Assembly (NCBI RefSeq): GCF_009914755.1
Contig: NC_060925.1
DNA: 64,000 nucleotides
From: the human T2T-CHM13v2.0 reference genome, Homo sapiens
Strand: one strand, 5' to 3'
How positions within the stretch are numbered: the stretch's first letter is position 1; the number at the start of each line of letters is the position of its first letter. Below, piece after piece: positions 53,300-64,000 of the stretch. The position numbers and the translations under genes were made by a program. The notes under the pieces are model-generated. The model made no database searches and was not told the origin of the DNA. It saw only the letters and a program-made list of their open reading frames with translations.

Positions 53300-54865
53300 A
53301 ATAAGACAAATGTTTAAATTTAGTTATGTTCACGGATAGTTGTCAATTGGTCTGAAACAAATTCGCTAGGGAATCTATTTGTGTAGAACTAATTAATGTA
53401 AAAAAAATAGACCATCTCGTGTTGTGTGCACTGTGATATAATGGTAGTATCAGTGCAACTTAAACTAATGATTGTACTTGATATTAAGTGTTCTCAACTG
53501 AGTAACTTTTAAGTGGAAACCAAGTTTAGATTTGGGGAGTGGTAAAGGAATCAGCTTTTTCTATTGTTAGGGGAAGACAGTAATTTATCATTCATGGACC
53601 AGTAGATTGTTGAAAGTTGGTGAATCGGATTATAAGCTTCTAGCTAACACAAGGATTCAGAATTAGGTAAACATCTGAAGGTTTAGTATATTAGAAACAC
53701 CCAAACCAGTAATATGCTAACCTGATGCACTGCTGAAAGAAAATGTGAATTTTTCGTAATAATTGCATTTTAGTGAATTGTACAGTGGGTGGAAAGGGCA
53801 TTTGGAGCTCATTAGAATGAGACATAGTACACCCCAATGGCCCTGTTTATTAAATGTAGTGGATTAAGTGTCTGTCAACAAATACACCAAAACCATTTTT
53901 TATAGAAACAGTATTTAATGGTCACTCAATAGCTTTCAAAATACATTTTTGTATTACAGCACTGCACAAGCTATTCTAATAGTGCTCTGGCCTCATCATT
54001 CCTGCAAAGCTTGCTTTGGGGAGTTGGATAATGTGAAAATTTTAAGTACCTAGGGGAGAAAGAGCCATGTAAATATCTGTAATAAACTTGTAGCATATGT
54101 AAAGTTTTCTTGGCCTTTATCTTACAAAAATGGAGTATTTTAGTATGAATTTGCTGAATGTAAGACCGTGGACTGTTTTTTATAATATGGCCTAATTTTA
54201 AAGGTCCAAAATAACTTGTTTTTAAAGTTTGCCCTTGTGCTAAAGTGCCAGTGTATGTATGTTATACTTGATTTGGTTGTAAACTATATTTCAAAGTAAA
54301 CCCTAGTGTAATAAGTTTTATAACTAAAAAGGTTTAAGCTGCTAAAACTATTTTTAAGAGATGTGAAATGCAGTATGGGACTATCTTTTTTTCCTCCTCT
54401 AAGCCCAAAGATTAACTAGAGTCCCTCCAACCTTATAGATTGTTGGCTTTCACAATCTTATAACCTAGGATACAGGTAGTTTCGAGTATGGTGCCAGTGA
54501 TGTTTTGTTTTTGTTTGGTCAAGGGGTAGGTGCAACCCAATGGACCACTTATGCAAAAGATGTAAACTCTTGCATAATACATTGATAACATGTTTTGCCA
54601 ACTTTAAATGCTTAAACATAAGCGAAACCAGTAGCAAGTATGTGGGTCAGCTTAAAAATTTTGATTGTTAATGCCCTATTTTCTAATTTGGCACCTCTTG
54701 ATGCCTAAGCAGGTAAGCAGATGCCTAAGCTGTATTTCTCCAAATAAATCAAGATGAAGTACTGCCCAAGTTAAATATTGATAGCCTAAAGACAAGTTTA
54801 TGTAGTACTTAATGTACATGATATGAATGTGAAGCATAAAATTAAATAAAATTTTTCCCCATTGG
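53300..54865 (+). other. PNRC2: PNRC2 3'UTR
   Basis: AT-rich and repeat-free; Pumilio element TGTAAATA at 54068-54075. Confidence 0.85.
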
Positions 54866-54880
54866 CTTGGTTTTATTTTA
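54841..54880 (+). terminator. PNRC2: PNRC2 polyadenylation signal
   Basis: Overlapping ATTAAA/AATAAA at 54841-54850, upstream TGTA elements, downstream GT/T-rich tract. Confidence 0.85.
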
Positions 54881-57800
54881 AAAATGGTTTTGATTGCTTA
54901 ATATTCTTTTTAAAAATGTGTTTTACTTGTCACTGACTTGAAGCTCATAATACACTCACAATATTCCAAACTCTTGGATTTCTCAGACTCCAGAACTATG
55001 AACCACTAAATTTCTGATCATATATATATACGTATATATAAAAAAGGTCACAACTAAAATGTGATAGGACTGTTGGCTTGAAAAGGGGCAACTAGTTTGC
55101 TGACTGATACAGAAGATACTAGGATTTGACAGCTATGCAGTTAAGCAACTACTTAGGATTTCTCTCTCCCAGTAGTGTTAATTAAAAAGCAAAAAAGAGG
55201 CCACACATGGAAAACATCGCAAAGCTTTTGAAAGTTAATTCCATGATCTAGGTTCATAGAAAAAAAATAAGCAAATTTATCAAGTTGACAAGAACCCTTG
55301 TGTTTTAAGTATGTTGACAAATGAAAAGTATATAAGGGGACCCCTCAGAAGAAAAGCATCACAACCACACCTTTCTGATACAGATTCCAAATGATAGGGC
55401 ATCTTAAAACTAGTTTGAGTAATCCTTAAAATGCTACAACTAGTCCCATGGCAAAGCTGTATTATTTTCATGCAAACTAGTTAACAATTTGGAGTTAAGG
55501 CAGAACCAGCATTTGGGTGTTCATTTTGTTTCCAGGGTAATTTCTGTGAACAATGCCAAGGATTGCAGAATTGAACTTCATGTATTGGACAAATCTCAGC
55601 CTAGATGTCTGTTAGTTTTTAAGCTATATATTGAATCTAGTGTATATATTGAATACACTAGATTTTTAGTGACTAATCTAGTAATACACTAGATTTTTGG
55701 TTTGACTCAAGCAAAATGGGTAAATGGAAGTGGGAGTGGAAGATTACCTAACTTCATACTTTAGGAAAGGTACTGATAAAAGTTTTGGTTAGCCTATATA
55801 GAGAATGGTGATAGGAATTTCCCAAGTCGATGCAATTGCGAGAACCAAAAATAGCTGGTACAGAGAACTTACCATGTAAGGCTGCTGAAGTCAGCCATAC
55901 TGTGAACCTTAGGTAAATGCTGTAATTTCAATTTGTCTTCTTTTCGATGGCAGTTATACTATGATGGAATCCAGGTCCAAAACCTATCCTTAAGCTTAAA
56001 ATAAATACTAATAAACTATCCTCTTCCCTAGAACTACAACACAGGAAAAAACCTGAAAGGTTTTGTGTAAGTTTCAGTTTCTAGTATTTTGGTTGCATTC
56101 TTGTAGGCAATTTGTAAAGCAAGAGGGACAGAGTGCATCTCTAAAACCTCTTACACAAATTAGGAAAAAGTTGTACCCAGGTGGTTACAAATCTAAGAGC
56201 AAAATCTTAAAAAAACCCAAGATTTATTTTTGGCTCCTAGACCAGTTTATTTCACTTTCCAGCATTCAAAGAAATGTGATCTGCAAAAAACTAGATACAA
56301 AGGCCTTTTACTTCTTTACAAACTACGGTTAGTTCTCAATGAATTTACATGCCTCACTTTTTATTCCAAGAAAAATCCCCATTATGCAATACAAGGGTGA
56401 AACAGCTGTTACAAATACACAGAAACATAATAAAGATAACCAACACTGTTAAGAGGAAGGGGAAGAGGAAAAAACCCAAGAGAAGGAAACTTTTCCACAG
56501 TGACTAGCAGAATGTCTTGTAGATACCAATAACCGAAGACAAACAGGTTGCTCACTTCATCCTATTTATCAAGTCATCCTATCTAAAATGAGAATAGTTC
56601 ATGCCTAGGATAGGCTAACTATAGGCTTTGCTAGTCCTCCTTCCTAATAGAATGCCCTCAGATTATTCCTGAGCTATCACTCAAGTCACAGATACTTCAG
56701 AATATAATCTTAGGTTTTGTAAACAGGAACATGGTCAAAATGCAATACAATGGAAAATCTCTACAAGAGAATGAGATTTGGAAAGCCATGCTTAGAGTCT
56801 CTGAGCCACACAACCATAAGATCTTCGAGTACGTTTAATCTCTCATCCAGGAACATTATCCATTTACCTTGTAAGGTTGTGAGAAATGAATAGCATAATA
56901 TGCAAGAAGCTATCACATGATGGGTATTCTACAAAGGACAATTTTCTCATCTGTAAAATGGGAATAATACCCATTTCCCAGGAGTGTTTTTAGGATTAAA
57001 TAGAAATATTTGAAAAGCACATGGTTCGGCACAGTAAGTGCTCAATAATATTGACAGCATTCAGTATAAAGAGAAACAACCACAGAAGAGATCCTAAAGC
57101 AATTCATTCAACAGATGCAAAAATTAAAGGGCCTTTTCTGATTTACCATAATTAAATATTTTAGAGAACTACCAACTGTTGTTATTGTAGTTATATATGT
57201 ATTTACCTAATTTTTTTTAAACAAAACCCCAACTCAATATGCACCTTAATTCTCCCCCTTAAATGTCTTAACTTCAAAAGGAAATGGAGAAGGGAGGTAG
57301 AGGGCAAAAAAGTCTATAGCCTCTACATATTCTTTTAAAAATACATAGAACCTCTGTCCATAAGAACCCCTATGTTAATGAGTGTATAACGGTATACAAC
57401 AAAATACTTTTTGTAATTAAATCTAGTCACTTTGACTCTAAGTAAATTCTAGATCCCATTATATCAATGTTACTATCTCCATGAAAATAAAGCTATAAAA
57501 ACACTTCCCCATTGGATTAAACAACAAACATGGTAACAAAAGATGAAACAAGTGAAAAATTATGGGCTGTAACCTAGGATCTGACACTTGCTGTGTGATC
57601 TTGGGCAAGTTCAAACAAAATTTCTAAAATAAAATACAAACAATAATACCTCCATTTCACACCTCCCTTGAAAATATACCTCTGCTATATTTTCAAAATT
57701 GCTACAAATTAAAAGCTTAAATTCCACTTCCAGATTTTTAGTTAATTTTATATGGAAAGTTTTAAGTATGTGGCAAAAAAGATGACAAAAATCAAATGTG

Positions 57801-57885
57801 ATGAAATCAATGTATAGGTAAAGAAACATCATATCCTAATAAGAAACTAAGGAATCCAAAACATTTTGTGATACTATAAAAGTTA

Positions 57886-57891
57886 TTTATT
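57886..57891 (-). terminator. SRSF10: Candidate SRSF10 polyA signal (distal last exon)
   Basis: AATAAA on minus; further candidates at 56223-56228 and near 56360. Confidence 0.55.
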
Positions 57892-59081
57892 CGCTATACA
57901 CAGAACATGTCCCCTATAAAATGTACATGTAAATCACTAAAAAGTATAATTTGGTGAACATTTTCTCAATTACAGAACATACTAAATCAGTTAGGATAAC
58001 AGCTCTCTGTCTGCCTCAAAATAATCTAATTATAGCACCCAGTCTCCTTTATACCTAATGCAAAGTTAAATACTTATTTTGGGGGTTATATCCTAGCATG
58101 TGTTTGGTGAGGCAGAGTAAACAATTTATTATAACTCTAGTATATTACAGTCACTGCACAATAAACCAGTTTATTACAGATTAAATCATTTTTTCATTAT
58201 TTATAATAATGTGATCAAATACTGGATACTTTTAAATGGCAGATAACCACACAATTACTTATCCTTGATCGTATATTGTGTTCTATAATTACATTGATAC
58301 GAATGGTGTAAAATATTGTTATGAATAACACACCTCAAACAAAACAATGAGGCCATACTGTAATGATTCACTAGATTGTGCTCAGTAGACATTTACTGAA
58401 TAAGGGAATTATCTATTTTTCTCAATTATCCAGTACAATGATTTGCCCACAGTAAGGGCTCAATAAATATTTGCTGAATATACTGACTAGGAAAGAGGTG
58501 AGAAGAGATGGGCCCTCTTAGCTGGATGTCAAATATAATTGGAATTTACCTGGGAAGGAGTAGTTAAGACAGATGTAAACTGCATGTGGTGTACAAGTAA
58601 ATAAACACAGATGCCAACAAAGCAAATGATTAAGCAGAAAACACTGGCACCAAAATAAACAAAGGCAAGATTTGCCAATAATGGCAAAAATGGAACTTTT
58701 ATATTGGACCATACCTTTTCCCACCCAATTCAGTTTGAGACAGACCAACAGAGGCACTGTAAGAGACTATGGCTGTCTTCCTTGATATTCAGACATCCTA
58801 GTTTCCAATAATTTATTATGGACCTGTTACCCATGAATCAATATAAACCTATTCATATTTAGGGATTAGTTTCCACAAGTACAAAGTTGAATTTCCTTTT
58901 ATTTGTCCTAAAATGCTTACTTTCAAACTTGAAGGGACTTCAATTATTCCATGTAGTTTTCGATAACATTCTTTTATCTTTTCAGACCAGAGTCAAAATA
59001 TTCGTACAGTATTCATACTGCAGCACCTTCCACCCACCCTTTGGTCGCTTGAACTGCCCTTCTTTGGTTCTTTTTCCGCTT

Positions 59082-59142
59082 TCAGATCTTTCTTGAAGTG
59101 TAGTAAGCAGAACTGTACTGGGTATTCCAGCTGCAGTTTGGT
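59082..59142 (-). CDS. SRSF10: SRSF10 alternative (distal) last coding exon, short 183-aa isoform
   Basis: Acceptor CTTCTTTTATTTAAG|; encodes (R)PNCSWNTQYSSAYYTSRKI*; phase matches exon 5. Confidence 0.93.
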
Positions 59143-60518
59143 CTTAAATAAAAGAAGGATGTTTGTCAGTTTGGTTTTCTTTATTCTTCTCTGTGGTATA
59201 CAGGATTTTGTTAGTTGAACTGGATGTAGCAGCTTACTGGGCCAAATTTTCAAGAGAATAATACAATAGTTCCCAGGTCTTTCCCCTGGGATGTAACTTA
59301 ACAGCTCATACTCTATGTAGCACCTTTCCTCTCTCACTGAAGCATTATCTCTCATTTTTCTTCTTGCTTACTTGGCTTCAAAAAAAAAAAAAAAATGCAG
59401 AGAGATCTTAAGTAAAAGGAGAGGTGAAGTGTGTCAGCCCTCATTTGAGTGTTGATATAACCATTCTATTTATCATTGAGCCCAGTCATACACAGTAGGT
59501 AAACTCAGTAAGTGGGGGACTCAACTACATCACCCAAAACTAACATAAAACACTACGTAAAGATCCTCATCAAGTATCAGTAGGATCCAAACTACCATGG
59601 GTTCAACTGTAATATAGTCCTTTTGAAGCTGTTAGGTGTGTCGCTTTAGGAACAACATATAAGATTCTCAATAGTCCAAGTCTAAAAATAAGTTGACACA
59701 AGTAAAAATAAAAATGAAATTAGGCCTTCTAGTTCTATACAGAAAATGAACAATTTCAATGAGCTATCTCCTCAATCTACTTCTCTCAAATTATAGTCTG
59801 TAAAACAAACAAAACCCCCCCAAAACTAAGGGACCAGGCCTGGGCTTAAATCCTGGCTCTGCCTTACAGTCTTTTCTTTGTGCCTCAGTTTCCTTATCTG
59901 TGATATGGGGAAAATAAAAGTATCTTTCTCATAAGGTTTTGTGAAGAGTAAGTGAGTTAACACATAGCCTTTTCAAGTGTCTGGCACATCATGAATACTT
60001 AATAAATTAGCTATAATTGTCATAAAGTAGATAGAATTCAAACCACAAAATACCTAACCTACTTCCCCAAAGAGGTTATCACTTAATATTAGTTGCTCAT
60101 CAACATTCAATTTAAAATGATTTAAAATCATGTCATAAACGTTAAGCCCTAATGCGTCTTGTTTACAAGAGGGAGAGCAGAATTACTGATCCATCCAATA
60201 ATGAAAATATAAACTTGGAATTAGCTGATCCAAATTTCATCTTAACACTACCAAATAACCTCTTAAGTTAGTTAACCCAAGAGGCTTAATGAGCAATCAT
60301 GAAACAACTTTGATATTACACAATGAATTTTTAACTACTGTGTAAAAGATGTACCTTTCTGGCAAGTTCTATCATTTCCAAAGTAAAAGTTAGTTGTGCC
60401 TAGTGCAACAATGATTTAAAATATTCCTAAATCTATAAAGGACTGTTTCCATTGTTATTTTAGAATCATATTCAATACTGTAATAATTCCAGTTAATCAT
60501 TATTTCCTTCATTTTGTT

Positions 60519-60524
60519 TTTATT
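60519..60524 (-). terminator. SRSF10: Candidate SRSF10 polyA signal (proximal last exon)
   Basis: AATAAA on minus, ~2 kb after the long-isoform stop. Confidence 0.55.
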
Positions 60525-61786
60525 ATAGCATGTTTGCTTAATTTACAGCAAGCAGAAAATAAGCTGGGTCTTGTTTTGATCCAAACATTGATGTTTTAAA
60601 GGTTGTACACAATATTTGTTAAAAAGAACATATAAAAATACCTTTTTAGAAGCCTCTATAAGAAAGAAAATACAAAGTTTAACCCCACAACTTTCCTCTT
60701 TGCTAGAACTGTAAACTACTGCTACAGTTTTAAATAGACTTTTTGTTGTTTAAACTATACATCCAGGAAAATCTAAAAAAATTAAAGAAACGTGCATATA
60801 AACGATTGCATAGCAGAACATGAACATTAACTGCAAACAGTAAAGAAATGAAAGTTAGAAATACTATCAAATATACAAAGGTTCTAGAATCAATCCTTTA
60901 AACACATTCCACAAACAGTATTTAAAATCCATCGTTGTATTCTTTACAGGCAAAGCCTAGATTACTAAAACCGAAATTGAAAAAAGTAATCCTCTAAAAG
61001 GAATCGTTTGTCCATAATTCTTACTTGTATCTGTAAGCAAGCAATCTGAGATTTTTAAAGATGCTAGCTTTTTATTCTGAAATGAAATTGGACATGTCAA
61101 GTCACTTTTGTCCCCAAAACGATCTTTCAGAGAAATACTAGAAATTATAAATGGTTTAAGGGTATTACTTCATTTTTAGTCAGGTACTACACTGATAATC
61201 GAAAGCTCAAAAGATGTGACTCTTGCTTAAAACTGACTAATCCTTTTCCCCAAATTACCTTAAATTTCATGGCACCACAGAATCACCTAGAATGAGTGTT
61301 GTCTTACAACTTGCCTCGTATTAAATAAACTGAGGTGTGAAAAGCAGGCCTCCCTCATAAAGAGGCAGGCAAATTTTGATACAAATGCACGAGCCAAGTG
61401 CTGTAAGCATCAAAATTTCAGTTCTTTTACACTAGGCACACACACACAAAACCTACTTTGAAACAATTTACTTACTTAACAGCAGTAAGAAAACTAAGCA
61501 ATATTATGGTCAACAACGCTCCTTAAACTTTAGAATAACTACATAAGAATATTCCTTTTTCCTTAAAATTATTTTTGCCATCAACGACCTGCTCAAATTT
61601 TAAGGTGAGTTTTTGTGTTTTCTATGTTCCAAATCTTCATGGGAACCAGAAAAAAAGCAGTGAAGGCTCCATGTTTCAGTCAAAAACTCAATTTCCCAGC
61701 TGGCATCATTCCCCAAGACAGTGGGGTTAACAAAAGAACTAATCCACACTGCATCAAAAATAATTATCATTGGCCTAGACATCCGG

Positions 61787-62084
61787 TTTTTTTTTTTTTT
61801 TTTGAGACGGAGTCTCACTCTGTTGCCCAGGCTGGAGTGCAGTGGCGTGATTTTGGCTCACTGCAACTTCTACCTCCCAGGTTCAAGCGATTCTCTTGCC
61901 TCAGCCTCCTGAGTAGCTGAGATTACAGGCATGTGCCACCATGCCCGGATAATTTTTGTATTTTTAGTAGAGACGGGGTTTCACCGTGTTGGTCAGGCTG
62001 GTCTCGAACTCCTGACCTCGTGATCCGCCGGCCTCGGCCTCCCAAAGTGCTGGGATTACAGGTGTGAGCCACCACGCCCAGCCG
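61787..62084 (-). mobile_element. AluS within the SRSF10 long-isoform 3'UTR (sense to the mRNA)
   Basis: Full Alu with TSD GGCCTAGACATC. Confidence 0.92.
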
Positions 62085-62566
62085 GGCCTAGACATCTTGA
62101 CAAGACATAAAGGTCCACCCTGAACCTAAATGTGTCTGAGCAGTCAGTGTTGTACTGTGGCTACTACTTCACTTTTGTATCATTCTATCTTATTAGCAAG
62201 CTACATTTCTAGGTTAACAGTTCTACCAAATATGAATATGAAAGTTTATTTTTAATGAGACAATGTTGCAAATTATGGTCAACCAACATCTTTTCACCAA
62301 ATACTTCAAGCATAAAAAATGAGAATCTTTACAAAAATATACAGAGACACCACAAATTGGTAGCTGCCCATAACATTAAACAAACTGGACTCTTAAGAGT
62401 GGCTTCTCAACAGCATATCATTTTAATTATAACCATTGCCTGGTACAGGGAAAACTAACAAGTGTTTTTTAAGCATCATTGCAACATTGTATTCCTGATA
62501 ATTTAAGTAAACCAAACTATGAGTAAATGAATGATACATGCCTAAAAATGACCATGGTTTATACTA

Positions 62567-62864
62567 TCAGTGGCCACTGGACTTAGGACTAGTCCAAGAC
62601 CTTGATCTAGATTTTGACCTAGACCTAGACTGTGATCTTGACTGAGATTTGGATCTAGGTGGTTCTTTTTTCCTTGATTCCTTTTCATATCTTGAGCCAG
62701 ACTTATAATGTGTTTTGGAATCTGTTTTAGAGGTGCCTCTAGTTTTGGTGTGAGATGCAGACCTAGAACGTGATTTAGCCTTCATTTCTTTCTTGGGCTG
62801 GGACTTGGACCGTGATCTTGAATTGGATTTAGATCTTGAAAAAGATCGATTTCGGTGTTTGAAT
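62567..62864 (-). CDS. SRSF10: SRSF10 last coding exon, long 262-aa isoform
   Basis: Acceptor TCTGTTTTGAAAG|; (R)FKHRNRSFSRSKSNSRSRSKSQPKKEMKAKSRSR...WTSPKSSGH*; 298 nt. Confidence 0.96.
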
Positions 62865-62997
62865 CTTTCAAAACAGAGGAGAGATATAATTAGAGTAAAA
62901 ATTAGATTCTATATTAATCAAATTTGTTATTTTTAGAGCAAAAGTTCACTCTGAAATTAAAAAATACATGAGTCTTTTTCAAAGCAAAGTTATTTAC

Positions 62998-63051
62998 CTA
63001 TCATTGTCGGAATGGCTTCTGCTACGCCGTGGTCTTCCAGTCGGTCTACTG
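62998..63051 (-). CDS. SRSF10: SRSF10 exon 5 (54 nt)
   Basis: TTTTTAG|CAGTAGACC...GATAG|GTAAAT; encodes (N)SRPTGRPRRSRSHSDND(R). Confidence 0.95.
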
Positions 63052-63274
63052 CTAAAAAGCATATCAGAAAAAGCAGTGACAAATATCTATTCATAGAGGC
63101 AAAGTTTCTAATTAAAAGCAAACCATAAAACTTTTAAAATAAAATGTTACAGTATTTTTTGTCTCAATGAAACATTCAATGTATATAATTAAAAGTATAC
63201 AAAATAGTAAAAAAAAATTAAATGCTAACAAATACATTTTTTAAACAGATCACTGTGCTACACAGCACACTTAC

Positions 63275-63437
63275 TTTCTAGGACTATACGATCTTCTATA
63301 GTTGTAATCAAAAGACCGACTTCTTGATCTCCTCCTTTCATAACTTCGGCTTCTAGAACGTCTGTATCTGTCATAATCATCATAGCGTGAAGAACTGTAC
63401 ACATTCCTCCCTTCCTTGGCTTTCATCTGATTTGGTG
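63275..63437 (-). CDS. SRSF10: SRSF10 exon 4 (163 nt, RS domain)
   Basis: TTTCCTAG|CACCAAATCAG...AGAAA|GTAAGT; PNQMKAKEGRNVYSSSRYDDYDRYRRSRSRSYERRRSRSRSFDYNYRRSYSPR. Confidence 0.96.
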
Positions 63438-63496
63438 CTAGGAAATACAAAGAACAGAAATATTTAAAAATATTAAAAACAGTATTAAAGCCCTCA

Positions 63497-64000
<504 letters not shown>

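Noticed and set aside
55023-55040. 18-bp palindrome TATATATACGTATATATA
   Set aside because: Interrupted (TA)n microsatellite, self-complementary by nature.
58993-59355. 120-aa minus-strand ORF over the SRSF10 distal exon
   Set aside because: Different frame from the spliced SRSF10 exon and starts in intron/UTR sequence; no support.

Overview
Human genomic DNA, recognisable as chr1p36.11 and dominated by repeats (about 60 Alus, L1, ERV/MaLR LTRs, one full-length SVA, MIR/L2, MER5A/MER20). Genes: (i) the non-coding first exon and promoter of CNR2 (minus, ~4662-4743; the coding exon lies left of the window); (ii) the MIR378F hairpin; (iii) a full-length H3F3A (H3.3) processed pseudogene (minus, ~39595-40909); (iv) the complete PNRC2 gene (plus; CpG island, two 5'UTR exons, 139-aa CDS, 56-aa uORF); (v) the 3' half of SRSF10 (minus; exons 4-5 and two alternative last exons). 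Best candidate for an under-described system: the PNRC2 CpG island appears to fire divergently. An upstream exon (donor at 50344) can splice to a 77-nt exon carved from the 5'UTR of the H3F3A retrocopy (40897-40821) and then on towards CNR2, giving a retrocopy-bridged alternative CNR2 leader. Other highlights: a PNRC2 uORF whose stop sits just past the last exon junction, a 58-bp inverted repeat with templated insertions upstream of CNR2, and a 7-kb nested transposon stack. Gene and repeat identities come from recall of known sequences; no searches were run. Repeat boundaries are approximate and subfamily calls tentative.
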